Notes: a model not told the origin generated them from the letters alone. Counted from the stretch's first letter, positions 17,926-27,896 are shown. The stretch: DNA of 64,000 bases from an uncultured Saprospiraceae bacterium (GCA_963837505.1 CAWINN010000006.1:30826-94825); one strand, 5' to 3'. Made by a program: numbers and translations.

Positions 17926-20900
17926 TTATTTCAGCACCACCATTCGCTGCACCATCCTGGCGCCATTAGCTTCCAGTTGACAAATGACAAGTCCGTCATT
18001 GATCCCTAAATCTGCAGTGTGGATGGTAAGCTTATTTGTACCTGGCACGCCGGCTATTTCTTGTTGTCGCAACAAACGCCCGGATGCATCGAAGAATCTG
18101 ATCATGCAGGTTTGTTCGCGATTAAGGGAAAAGAGCAGGTTGGCTTCATTCGTCACGGGATTGGGGAAAATTTCAAAATCATTGGTCACCTCTCCGCTAT
18201 CTGCAGGCCTCGATCCGATTGAAACCGAAGCGAGAGATAAATCGTCACCCTGGTAAGCTTCTGCGTGTAAATGGCTTTCATCAATGTTCAACAGGTTTTG
18301 CAGCCAGGCGCCCTGATCACTCACCAAAGTGATCGTGAATAATGACGTATTTGAGCCAGCAGAAACAGGATGGACTGTGTTCCAGCTGATTTTCAATTCA
18401 CCATTATCGTCGATATAATATTCGGTATCATTCAGATCTAAAATACCTGGATGAACATCCACTATCCTGATATGACCGGCATGTAAAGCCATTTGCAATC
18501 CCATGATATCATTAAAGTCTGTGGCTGTAATAGCGACTTCTACGGGCTGGCCTGCTGCTATCCATTGATTCTCATATTGGAAATGAACCGATGTAGTTGT
18601 CCTGGGCTGAATGGAAGAAGATAAGTTGGTCTTGACATCGCCGTTCAAATCTCCAATCTTAATACCAATAAAATCTACATCTGAAATATCACTGGTCAGG
18701 TATTCAATGCCGATGCATTCCTGCAACGACCATGGATTGCTGATATCCGGTTCCAGTTTAGCATTGCCGAATCGCCAGCTGGTATTCCGGGGCAACGATT
18801 GATATATCCCCAGTATTAATTTCCTGAATTCGATCAGGTCAATAGCCGTCACGCTGTTGCTTCGGTTGGCATCAGCAGCGATATACTCATAAGGGGAAGA
18901 AAAGGGTGTAATCCCCAATAAATGTTTTTGAATGCGGATGAGATCCAGGGTACTGACGCCATTGAGCGGGTCATCATTCTTGTATCCCTTGACATAATGA
19001 TCCATATTTCTTTTTACATGATCAAAAGCATATTGTCCATTTGCATTGGTTGTGCTGGAATTGTATTGTTGTAAACTGGGATCATCCCCCAGGCGAATAT
19101 CTACATTATGCACCGGTTGCAACTGACTTGTTTTGACGACACCGCTGACCAATGGATTCAGTATGGAGGGTGAAATGCAACTGGCCTGAATGCTGATTTC
19201 ATCCATATCATAGGCCGCTACATCGGCTCCATTGCCAAAGAGACAATAGGGCAAAATTTCAAATCTGAACGTGGTCGGGGCATCGACAATAAAATTGTGA
19301 TCATTTTTAAAATCATAATTTTCAAGATTCCAGGTCTGTGTCGTGGGCACATCTTCTATGCGGAAAATCTCTGTCCCGTTTTTCAGGATTCGTAATCCAT
19401 AGAATTTAGGGAAATCATTTGGGCCACTGGGGCCATTGATCCAGTTAAAATTGACCGGTGCCCGGGAATAAAAGGAAAGGCCGGTGATCTGCACGGCAGT
19501 ATCCGGGTCAGGGCTAACCACCAAAGAGAAAATTACAGAGGCATTGTTTCCTGCCTGGTATGTACAATCATCCAGTGCACTCACACACATGGCTATCGAA
19601 TTGTTCACACCCGGAGTACAAGAGTGTTTATTCTCCTGCGGTGGCGACCGGGATACTGTACTCCCGCTGATATCGGCACAACTCAATGGCTCCAGGTAAG
19701 CCGGAACAAATTCACTGTAATCCATAGCTGAATTATCCGCATTAGTCGAATAGCAGGCATCGAGGTTGTAATGCACAACCGTATTCAATTCACGTATAGT
19801 GATATATAAGAGGCTGTCACATCCCGAAGAAGTCGAAAGTGTTTGCACAAACTGGCCGCCGTGATCATAGGTCTCTCCGTTGATTTCAATCACATCACCA
19901 TGCACGATCAGGGTATCTATGCTGGAAGAGGAAGGAGGATCAGTGGTCACCTCATAGCCGCAGGAAGAAGAACAGGTATCGCCTAATCCGGTCAGCCATT
20001 TAAATTCAACCGTATATAAACCTGGCTCATCTACTACCACCGAATTATTATTGTCCGCACCCACTACGCCGGGGCCGGACCAGTGTATGTCCACAATCTC
20101 AGGTTCCTGGGATCCGGCCGGCAGGACATTAGGTTTAATGGTGAGTTCATCTGTCCCGCCCTGGCAAAAATGAGTGGGGCCCTGGATTTCACAGGCATAA
20201 TAAGCAGGAAGGAAAAATACATCCTGGCGAATAATCAATTGGGAGAACCACCACGAATTGATGGTACACAAGTTTCCAAATCCGATGGTGTTGGGTTGCG
20301 TATAATTGGTCCAGGTATGGCAGGGTGTCGTGCATCCTGATAGCTGCATAATGGGCTCACCACTTCCTGAAGGCACCCCTATATTCGAATCATCATAATA
20401 CAGGGAGGGATTGGGTGCTGCCGGACGCACTGCCTGTAGGGTGACGCCGGTGGTCATCAATTCGGCATCATATATTGGAAAATGATAAATGCCTTGTTCA
20501 AAAGCGATGGTCACCGGAATTTGTGTGCCCGGTGCATCGGAGATTAAGTTGCCTAATCCATCCTTGCCATCCCAGGCTATACAGGTTGGAATATTGACTT
20601 CATCCGCCGTAATAGTCTGAGATATCATCAGGTCGGCAGTCCCGGGCGTATAGATATTATCTCCGCCGTCAAAATCCAACAAGAGATCCACTTGTCCGGC
20701 TTTAGAGGCGGAAAACTTAATGCAATAGGAATTTGCATCGCACCGGCTTACACCAAGAAGGTCAATGGAACCAATCTCAGCCGTCTGACAAATCTCTACC
20801 GGATCATTCAGGAAAATGGAATATTCGGATTGTGTTGCATTTTGATTGCGTACACTCTTGCGATCTTCGGCCACATTTCCAGTATTCATGCTTCCGAAAC

Positions 20901-21681
20901 TATTGAAAGCAATATTGAAAGCCGCAGGGCGGAAACCGCTTCCATTAAAATCGATACGGGTAACAAAGGAAGCCTGCATATTGTCGGGATCAGGAGCACA
21001 TACATAAAAGGCGCCATCAAATGGACGGTTCGGAAACCCGAAATCATTGACGGCAAAAATGGACCAGTTGTAGGACCATATCCGGCCTTTCTTTTCGGTT
21101 GGCGTCGCACCTGAACAATCCGCCACCGTGATATCCCAGAAATCGATCAGCAAATCCGAATCAGCGTCATTGCGGAACTCAATGTAGAAATCCCCTTTTC
21201 CGGACCATCCCTGGGAAGCGAGATCAGCTCCCGACACCAGGATGCCGTCATATCCTCCCGCGCCATGGATCTGCATAGGACCGGTAAACCCCTCCGACCA
21301 ATTATGAATATTCACGCCGGATGGATCCATATTCACAGGACCAAACACGACATTGCCATTCGGATCCTTGATGCGGAATTCGAATGGCCGCTGTACCGGG
21401 TTCGGAACATTTTCATTGGCATGAGAGAAACTGAATCCCACATAAATGCATTCCGTTTGCGGATCCAACACATGGATATATAACCGGCTCTTGGGATCCG
21501 GATTGGTATACGAGGCGAAGTTGTTATAACTCGGATGATTGATGTGGAGGGCAGCAAGATCAGTGGTCGTATTGGCACCTATCATAATAGTGCCATTCGG
21601 AGCTAATTCATGTGTGCCTTCGGCAAATAAAAAACTGTTTGCAAAGATCGCAAGACAGACCAGGGGGGAAATGAGTCTCAT
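17926..21681 (-). CDS. Very large secreted protein with dockerin-like repeats, cohesin-like module and T9SS C-terminal sorting domain
   Basis: Signal peptide MRLISPLVCLAIFANSFLFA. Duplicated dockerin-type segments DDPLNGVSTLDLIRIQKHLLG and DANRSNSVTAIDLIEFRKLILG. Cohesin-like VEVAITATDFNDIMGLQMALH. C-terminal IFPNPVTNEANLLF tail. Confidence 0.85.
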   Translation of the reverse strand: MRLISPLVCLAIFANSFLFAEGTHELAPNGTIMIGANTTTDLAALHINHPSYNNFASYTNPDPKSRLYIHVLDPQTECIYVGFSFSHANENVPNPVQRPFEFRIKDPNGNVVFGPVNMDPSGVNIHNWSEGFTGPMQIHGAGGYDGILVSGADLASQGWSGKGDFYIEFRNDADSDLLIDFWDITVADCSGATPTEKKGRIWSYNWSIFAVNDFGFPNRPFDGAFYVCAPDPDNMQASFVTRIDFNGSGFRPAAFNIAFNSFGSMNTGNVAEDRKSVRNQNATQSEYSIFLNDPVEICQTAEIGSIDLLGVSRCDANSYCIKFSASKAGQVDLLLDFDGGDNIYTPGTADLMISQTITADEVNIPTCIAWDGKDGLGNLISDAPGTQIPVTIAFEQGIYHFPIYDAELMTTGVTLQAVRPAAPNPSLYYDDSNIGVPSGSGEPIMQLSGCTTPCHTWTNYTQPNTIGFGNLCTINSWWFSQLIIRQDVFFLPAYYACEIQGPTHFCQGGTDELTIKPNVLPAGSQEPEIVDIHWSGPGVVGADNNNSVVVDEPGLYTVEFKWLTGLGDTCSSSCGYEVTTDPPSSSSIDTLIVHGDVIEINGETYDHGGQFVQTLSTSSGCDSLLYITIRELNTVVHYNLDACYSTNADNSAMDYSEFVPAYLEPLSCADISGSTVSRSPPQENKHSCTPGVNNSIAMCVSALDDCTYQAGNNASVIFSLVVSPDPDTAVQITGLSFYSRAPVNFNWINGPSGPNDFPKFYGLRILKNGTEIFRIEDVPTTQTWNLENYDFKNDHNFIVDAPTTFRFEILPYCLFGNGADVAAYDMDEISIQASCISPSILNPLVSGVVKTSQLQPVHNVDIRLGDDPSLQQYNSSTTNANGQYAFDHVKRNMDHYVKGYKNDDPLNGVSTLDLIRIQKHLLGITPFSSPYEYIAADANRSNSVTAIDLIEFRKLILGIYQSLPRNTSWRFGNAKLEPDISNPWSLQECIGIEYLTSDISDVDFIGIKIGDLNGDVKTNLSSSIQPRTTTSVHFQYENQWIAAGQPVEVAITATDFNDIMGLQMALHAGHIRIVDVHPGILDLNDTEYYIDDNGELKISWNTVHPVSAGSNTSLFTITLVSDQGAWLQNLLNIDESHLHAEAYQGDDLSLASVSIGSRPADSGEVTNDFEIFPNPVTNEANLLFSLNREQTCMIRFFDASGRLLRQQEIAGVPGTNKLTIHTADLGINDGLVICQLEANGARMVQRMVVLK

Positions 21682-21900
21682 GTTACCGTTGATAATAAAG
21701 AATGATCAAATGCCGGGCCCGGGTAGTAGATTAACTACTGAAACACAGGCGTGTAGTCAGGCTTATCATGAGACGGAATGAGGGATAACCACTCCTGGGG
21801 GAGGGCTTCACTCCGAACGCTAAGAAAAGAAAACTTATTAAGATATCCAATAATATAATTAGCTGCCAGATGCCAGACTCATAATGTGAAGACAATCCCA

Positions 21901-22072
21901 CGGTAATCTGTGTTCAGAAATCGGTAGGCAGTAGGCAGTAATCGGTAATCAGTGTTCAGTAATCAGTAATCGGTAAGCAGTAATCGGTAATCAGTGTTCA
22001 GTAATCAGTAATCGGTAAGCAGTGGGCAGTGGCAGTAGGCAGTGGGCAGTGGGCAGTATTCGGTAATCGGTA
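21901..22072. repeat. Heptanucleotide tandem array (CGGTAAT/CAGTAAT/GCAGTGG variants) with an internal ~49-nt duplication
   Basis: Direct reading. The array lies between the start of the 1251-aa gene and the stop of the tricorn gene. Confidence 0.9.
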
Positions 22073-22083
22073 ACCAACATCTG

Positions 22084-22125
22084 ATAGCCTAGCATCTGGA
22101 ATCTGGATGCCAGATGCTAGGCTAT
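22084..22125 (-). terminator. Perfect 16-bp hairpin 4 nt downstream of the tricorn stop codon
   Basis: ATAGCCTAGCATCTGG-N10-CCAGATGCTAGGCTAT. No U-tract follows on the minus strand, so a terminator function is inferred from position only. Confidence 0.45.
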
Positions 22126-22128
22126 ATG

Positions 22129-25100
22129 CTAATTCCTCTTTGGATACGGTGGCGCGGCAGGAACAGGAGGCGCGGTCTTCAATTCTTCCATGATCACTTC
22201 GATTGCTTTATCCAATTGACTGTCTTTGCCCTTGTATTCGTCAGCCGGATTATTGAGGACTTCAATATCCGGATCAACACCATGACTTTCTATGGGCCAG
22301 GATTTACCCTCGATATCAAAGCTGGCAAATTCAGGCTTATAAAGGTATCCTCCATCAACAAACGGCATGGAACCCCGAATACCGGTCACCCCACCCCATG
22401 AACGATGCCCAATGATTTGACCCAGGTGATTGGTTCTGAATCGATAAGGGAAAATATCCCCATCAGAGGCGGAGTATTGATCGATCAACAACACTTTGGG
22501 ACCCACCACCATTTCAGGGTCCGATTTTGGAATGGTGATGTTCCGGGGCAGATCATAGAACACCGGCTTGCGGGCCAGTCTTTCCAAAATCTGCGGAGAT
22601 ACATTTCCTCCTCCATTTCCCCGGTCATCGATGATGATCGCCCGTTTATTCAACTGGGGATAAAAATATTTTACAAATTCATTTAATCCGCCGACACCCA
22701 TGTCCGGAATATGCAGGTAGCCTACCTGGCCATTCGTCTTCTCACTTACATAGGCAATATTCTTCCTCACCCAATTGAGATAATAAAGCTCAGCTTCATC
22801 GCCGATAGGCACGACCAGGGTCTTACGACTGCCTTCGGCTTGCGGCTTTGAATTCACCGTGAGTTCAACGGTTTTGCCGGCCGTGTTGATCAATAATTTA
22901 TAAATATCATCGACCGATTGTGTGCTGACACCGTTGACTTCGATGATATAATCCCCTTCATTGACATTCACCCCGACTTCCGTCAGCGGAGAACGGGTGG
23001 AGGGCGACCAGTTTTCTCCTTTCAAGATTTGATCAATGTGGGTAAAACCTGATGCGTCCCTGCTGAGTTTCGCTCCTAACAATCCGAGCGATATGCGATC
23101 TGCTTTAGGGTAATCACCACCTCCCACATAAGCATGCCCGATACTCAGTTCACCGATCATCTCGCCTATGATATACGTTAGGTCAGCCCGGTGATTAACA
23201 TAAGGCACCAGGGGCTGATACTTCGCCTTGATGGCGGGCCAGTCCACCCCACTCATGCCTGGATCATAAAAGAAATCCCGCATCTGGCGCCAGGCTTCAT
23301 TGAAGATTTGCTGCCATTCTTCTTTCCGGTTCACCAGCACTTTCATATCGCCCAGGTTCACTTTCTTATCCATGTTGAGTTTGTCTTTCGGCAAATCCAC
23401 GACGGCAAAATCTTTGGCCTTATGGAGCAACATTTTCTTATGATCAGCGGAAAGGATAAAGTTGTCGATCTCTCCAATCTCGGTTTCCTTTTTATCCTTC
23501 AGATTGAAAAACTTGAGTTTATTTGTTGGATCGTCGGTAGCGCTGGCCAGATAGTATATACCATCTTCAGTAGCGCCGAGGTTGTAATAATTTCCGGCAC
23601 TTACCGGCAGCGCGGCTACACGGCTTTGAATACCGTCCAGGTCAATGACCGTCATTTCATTTTTAACTTCGCCGGCCGGTTTGGGTTCTTCTTTCTTTCC
23701 TTTTGATTTAGCCTCCTTGCCGGCATCTGCTGTTTCACTTCCACTCTTTGTAGAATCCACTTTTATCTGCACCTCATCATTCTCGGGGCCCAATGGATTG
23801 GCGGTTGCTTTTGCCAGCGTCACGAGATATACTTTGGACATATCTGAATAGCTATGATTCCATTCTGTACTGCTAAATGTTGGATTGAAATCACGATCCG
23901 ATATGAAATAAAGGTATTTTCCATCCGGGCTGAATACGGCGCCATAAGCCTGGTACCAATTATCCGAAACCAGTGTATTGACATGAGTATCCAGACTATA
24001 CAGGAATGTTTTGACCCTGTAATCATCATCGGTCCTGGTATAAGCTATCCATTTACTATCGGGCGACCAGGCAGCACCGCCATGCTCCCAGGCATGGGCC
24101 TGATCGATCAGCGTAGTTTGTTTGGTCTGGACATCTATATACTGGAGCCTCAGTTTTTTATCCCCCCAAACAATCTTCTTACTATCCGGTGACCACGTAA
24201 GGGAATATTTATAAGTATCACTGTTGCTCGTCAGTTGTACCGGCGTTCCGGTGCCATCCTGATTACGGATATAGATTTCATCCTCACCGGTAGCGTCACA
24301 GATATAGGCGATATTTTTTCCATCGGGTGACCATACCGCGGATCTTTCATGGGCTCCCGGGGTTTTTGAAAGATTCCTCGTGATACCTTCTTTCGCCGGT
24401 ATGGTCCAGGTATCGCCACGTGCAGTCATCACCAGCCTGTTGCCATCAGGTCCGAGATCATAATCTCCCGGTTCGATATATTCAGCCGCATTGACCCATT
24501 CATCTCTGCCTATGACGGCATCATCTGCGATAGTGATGGTGACTTTAGCGGTATTACCGGTCAGGAGATCATAGACGTAGATAAATCCGCCATTTTCAAA
24601 CACAATAGCATCAGGTCCAAGCGATGGGAATTTGACATCATACGTTGTGAAATTGGTGATTTTGCGAACCTGTTTAGTCGGGATATCATATTCAAACAAA
24701 TTCATGATGCGATCGCGATCACTGCAGAAATAAATCTTGTCTTTGTACCACATCGGGAAAATATCCTGTGCGGGATTGTTGGTGATATTGTCCATTTGGC
24801 CAGAGGTGAAATCATAAATCCAGATATCATCCGCCATTCCTCCTCTGTAGTATTTCCAGGTACGGAATTCACGGAACACCTGGTTCATGGCGAGTTTGGT
24901 ATTATCCGGAGAATAGGAACAAAATCCGGCCACGGATAAAGGCAATTCCTGGGACATCCCGCCCCTGACATCGGCTACATATAATTGGCCTTTAAAATCA
25001 TTAAAGGATGTTTTACGGCTGCGATAGATGACACCTGAATTATCATTTTTCCAGGTCATGACAATATTATTGGGCCCCATCCGGTCACTGACATCATCGC

Positions 25101-25428
25101 GGCCTAAGGTTGCGCTATACGTTAATCGTTGAGGTATTCCTCCTTCCGAAGGCATGGTATATACCTCTGAGTTGCCATCATACTGACCGGTGAAGGCGAG
25201 GGTTTTGCCATCGGGAGAAAACCTGGCAAACAATTCATTTCCTTTATCATTCGTCAGTTTGCGGGCCAGGCCATTTCCGGTGCGGGCAACGGTATACAAA
25301 TCACCGGCATAGGTAAATACAATGGCATCCTTTGAAATAGTCGGAAACCGCAGTAAGCGGGCTTCAGATTGGGCATGGGCAGACTGACCGGCTACGACCA
25401 GCAAAAAGCAAAAGATTAGAATTCGCAT
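22129..25428 (-). CDS. Tricorn protease homolog (S41 family, beta-propellers + PDZ + peptidase core)
   Basis: 1099 aa with a signal peptide. TolB-like propeller repeats (FSPDG..LAF, WSPDGK.IAY, WSPDSK). PDZ segment (GDYIIEVNG). C-terminal VLLIDQYSASDGDIF...GHRSWGGVTG matches the tricorn catalytic core. Confidence 0.9.
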   Translation of the reverse strand: MRILIFCFLLVVAGQSAHAQSEARLLRFPTISKDAIVFTYAGDLYTVARTGNGLARKLTNDKGNELFARFSPDGKTLAFTGQYDGNSEVYTMPSEGGIPQRLTYSATLGRDDVSDRMGPNNIVMTWKNDNSGVIYRSRKTSFNDFKGQLYVADVRGGMSQELPLSVAGFCSYSPDNTKLAMNQVFREFRTWKYYRGGMADDIWIYDFTSGQMDNITNNPAQDIFPMWYKDKIYFCSDRDRIMNLFEYDIPTKQVRKITNFTTYDVKFPSLGPDAIVFENGGFIYVYDLLTGNTAKVTITIADDAVIGRDEWVNAAEYIEPGDYDLGPDGNRLVMTARGDTWTIPAKEGITRNLSKTPGAHERSAVWSPDGKNIAYICDATGEDEIYIRNQDGTGTPVQLTSNSDTYKYSLTWSPDSKKIVWGDKKLRLQYIDVQTKQTTLIDQAHAWEHGGAAWSPDSKWIAYTRTDDDYRVKTFLYSLDTHVNTLVSDNWYQAYGAVFSPDGKYLYFISDRDFNPTFSSTEWNHSYSDMSKVYLVTLAKATANPLGPENDEVQIKVDSTKSGSETADAGKEAKSKGKKEEPKPAGEVKNEMTVIDLDGIQSRVAALPVSAGNYYNLGATEDGIYYLASATDDPTNKLKFFNLKDKKETEIGEIDNFILSADHKKMLLHKAKDFAVVDLPKDKLNMDKKVNLGDMKVLVNRKEEWQQIFNEAWRQMRDFFYDPGMSGVDWPAIKAKYQPLVPYVNHRADLTYIIGEMIGELSIGHAYVGGGDYPKADRISLGLLGAKLSRDASGFTHIDQILKGENWSPSTRSPLTEVGVNVNEGDYIIEVNGVSTQSVDDIYKLLINTAGKTVELTVNSKPQAEGSRKTLVVPIGDEAELYYLNWVRKNIAYVSEKTNGQVGYLHIPDMGVGGLNEFVKYFYPQLNKRAIIIDDRGNGGGNVSPQILERLARKPVFYDLPRNITIPKSDPEMVVGPKVLLIDQYSASDGDIFPYRFRTNHLGQIIGHRSWGGVTGIRGSMPFVDGGYLYKPEFASFDIEGKSWPIESHGVDPDIEVLNNPADEYKGKDSQLDKAIEVIMEELKTAPPVPAAPPYPKRN

Positions 25429-25685
25429 GAGCAGAGAATTATGAATGAGTACAGATATATTGGAGAATTCTGGATGGGATAAAATGCAATAGAAGATTTT
25501 TGCAGCAATCCGGCTGCGAAGTAAATAAATCTCCGCTATATGACCAACTCCGGATGGCTGGAATCATGGGATGGCGATAAAAGGAAGAAGGATACCCGGG
25601 TTTATATAGAGCAGCAGAGGCCGCATGCAGAGCATATCATCAACCTATTAAATATCAGTTCAACAGGGTTGCATCGAGTCAAGGG

Positions 25686-25716
25686 CATAAAAAAAGCCCG
25701 GATATCGCTCCGGGCT
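25686..25716 (-). terminator. Rho-independent terminator
   Basis: On the minus strand, AGCCCGGA-GCGATA-TCCGGGCT is followed by TTTTTTT, 37 nt after the stop of 25753..26256. Confidence 0.75.
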
Positions 25717-25752
25717 TATGGCGTTTCTATGAGGAAGAATTCAACCTCATGT

Positions 25753-26256
25753 TTATTTTCCAATAATCGTGTACCTGTAGTAAAAATCGGTGTTTACCAG
25801 ACTGATTTCCGGATTCGTGGCATGGAGAGCTGCATTCAATTCGTCCACAGACGTAAATTGATGAGCGGTAAATCCGGGGTTAAAAACAATATCTATTTCC
25901 CGCCAGATTGGATTAGTGGCGATGTCGTCTGTCAGCGGAAGAAACTGAGCAGGCATATGCAGGTTACTATATGAATAAATAGTACTGACCGGAACATGTT
26001 TGCCTACGACGTAAGAAATTTCATTTTGCGTCAGTCCCAGGAGGAATGCTCTCACCAGTTTCTCCTGGATGTATACTGATGTCGTCACCGTGTCCCCACG
26101 TGTGGCATCAGGATCAGGATTAATACCGAAACCTCCGTTGTTACCTCCGCCGGTGGTAGACTTGGTCAATTGGAAATCTTCTGTGAATGAGGATTTGTCG
26201 CATGATACAAAGAAGAATAGGCTAAAAAATGCGATCCAGGCAGTTACTTTTTTCAT
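25753..26256 (-). CDS. Hypothetical lipoprotein
   Basis: Lipoprotein signal MKKVTAWIAFFSLFFFVSC. No recognisable domain. Confidence 0.65.
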   Translation of the reverse strand: MKKVTAWIAFFSLFFFVSCDKSSFTEDFQLTKSTTGGGNNGGFGINPDPDATRGDTVTTSVYIQEKLVRAFLLGLTQNEISYVVGKHVPVSTIYSYSNLHMPAQFLPLTDDIATNPIWREIDIVFNPGFTAHQFTSVDELNAALHATNPEISLVNTDFYYRYTIIGK

Positions 26257-26423
26257 AGTTGTGAATTTATTTTAGGTTAATAGATTATATCGGACTCGTT
26301 CCATTGGTAAATATCGGAGTCCTGTTCTCCCCAAACATCAAGGAATTCCCCCATTTTTTCGGCTCGCCATTGGAAGCTAAAGCCCAATAAAAACCAGTGT
26401 TTTCCCTTAAAAAACGCTACAAC

Positions 26424-26543
26424 TCAATGACAATGGCCTAAGAGCCAATATAAAATCAGGAAGACCACGATGGTTCCCAGGCAGCCGCCTCCCCATTTGT
26501 ACGCCGCATATCCGGCGATCAGGGTTCTGAAAAAATTATTCAT
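26424..26543 (-). CDS. Candidate 39-aa small membrane protein (below the ORF-track cutoff)
   Basis: The minus strand reads ATG AAT AAT TTT TTC ... TGA, giving MNNFFRTLIAGYAAYKWGGGCLGTIVVFLILYWLLGHCH. There is one clear TM helix. It sits 72 nt downstream of the K+ channel gene on the same strand. Confidence 0.4.
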   Translation of the reverse strand: MNNFFRTLIAGYAAYKWGGGCLGTIVVFLILYWLLGHCH

Positions 26544-26615
26544 ACCATTATCATTTTAACTCCATTATGCATTCCACGCTGCAAAAACAAAAAACAGGTT
26601 GGGTGGTTGCGGATA

Positions 26616-27566
26616 TCACGCGAGCACTTCGTATTCATCAATTTTATCCAGTACAAATACCGTCATGCCATCATCTCGAAAGTGGTAGGGCAAACTGAAC
26701 CTGGCATTCCATACAATTTCATTGAAGGTATAAGACGATTTAGCATGAAAACTCTGGGCAGCAGTTTCGTTGTAGCCTTTGATCATGATCATCATCTCCA
26801 GGTCCGTCCCTTCAAAATCAGCTTTGGTCATGCCATAGATGGGGCTCTTCTCATCAATGTAATGGACGAGTGTCCAGTTGAGGGGGAAATAAGTAATACG
26901 GCTGTTTTCAAGCTCCAAATTCTGGTATCTCCTCGTGCTCCTTCCATTATCATTCACGATCACGCTCATCAGAATGCGAGCTTCCAGTTCGGTGAGATTA
27001 TGATTGCGCTCGTTCGCCACGCGGAACATGAGGGCCTGATTTTGCTTGTAGGGAGCATATAACATGTTTTTTGAAAACCGGATACCGTGATAGGGTTTTG
27101 AAAAACGGCCATACATCAGGCCGGTAAAAATGGCGAAGATCATCAGGCCGGTGAGAGCCTCAACGGACGAGATCAGGCTGGCCGTGGCTGAAAGCGGATA
27201 TAAAGAACCATATCCCACCGTGGTGAGCGTCTGGGCGCTGAAAAAAGTGGCGATTAAGAAAGGATTGGTCTCTCCATAATCCTTGACCACCCCGATCCCC
27301 TGGAAATCGATCAACAGGTAGAGTGAAGCAAAAAACATGTTGACCACGATATACGTCACCAGGATGACCAGGATGAAGGAAAACCAGTTCATCGTCACAA
27401 GGGAATGGAAGAGTGATTTCTTTTCTCCAACGCGTATAAGATTGAAGTTCCCGTTCTTATTGATGACACGTTTATTATTTTGATTGGCCTGGTTGGTGTA
27501 GCCAAATTCATCCCCTTTATTTTCGGGTCGGTTGAGCCTGGATTGAAGGATATCACTGAATTTCAT
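26616..27566 (-). CDS. Inward-rectifier-type potassium channel (KirBac-like)
   Basis: Selectivity filter TLTTVGYGSLYP flanked by two TM helices. N-terminal RVINKNGNFNLIRVG and the C-terminal cytoplasmic Ig-like domain are typical of the IRK family. Confidence 0.85.
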   Translation of the reverse strand: MKFSDILQSRLNRPENKGDEFGYTNQANQNNKRVINKNGNFNLIRVGEKKSLFHSLVTMNWFSFILVILVTYIVVNMFFASLYLLIDFQGIGVVKDYGETNPFLIATFFSAQTLTTVGYGSLYPLSATASLISSVEALTGLMIFAIFTGLMYGRFSKPYHGIRFSKNMLYAPYKQNQALMFRVANERNHNLTELEARILMSVIVNDNGRSTRRYQNLELENSRITYFPLNWTLVHYIDEKSPIYGMTKADFEGTDLEMMIMIKGYNETAAQSFHAKSSYTFNEIVWNARFSLPYHFRDDGMTVFVLDKIDEYEVLA

Positions 27567-27652
27567 AAGCTTCCATTTAACGTATTGGCCACGAATTAAA
27601 AGGTAAATATTTACATCTGCTAATTCAAGCCAATTTTGCGAAAATTTTTACA

Positions 27653-27822
27653 GTTGGAGTTCCGCCGTGGTGAGTGAAGCGGTGCACTGGGCAAAGTCGA
27701 AGTGTCGAACTATCACCAACGGCTAACGAAAATACAAATGATACATTCAAAGAATCAACCTATTGTATTTTACTGGTTGTTGGAGATAGTTCGACTGCGC
27801 TCACTACAGGAAACTCCAACAA
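27653..27822. repeat. About 170-nt imperfect long hairpin (nested inverted repeats), MITE-like or structured RNA
   Basis: Outer arms GTTGGAGTTCC (27653) and GGAAACTCCAAC (27811-27822). Inner arms TCGAACTATCACCAAC and GTTGGAGATAGTTCGA. A partial copy of the right arm (ATAGTTCGACTGGCTCACTA) occurs near 52670. Confidence 0.6.
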
Positions 27823-27837
27823 GAACAACTGCACCTT

Positions 27838-27896
27838 GCTCAGCCTCAGCCTCCAGCCTTAGCCTTAGCCTTAGCCTCAGCCTTAGCCTTAGCCTG
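27838..27896. repeat. Hexanucleotide tandem array (GCCTTA/GCCTCA)n
   Basis: Direct reading. It belongs to the same hexamer family as the array at 38207-38262 in reverse complement. Confidence 0.9.

Noticed and set aside
23191-23706. 171-aa plus-strand ORF, plus others at 22114-22686 and 23854-24192
   Set aside because: They lie entirely within and antisense to the tricorn protease gene.
25540-25974. 144-aa plus-strand ORF
   Set aside because: It spans an intergenic region containing a terminator for the opposite strand and then runs antisense into the lipoprotein gene. There are no motifs, and the composition is basic and arbitrary.
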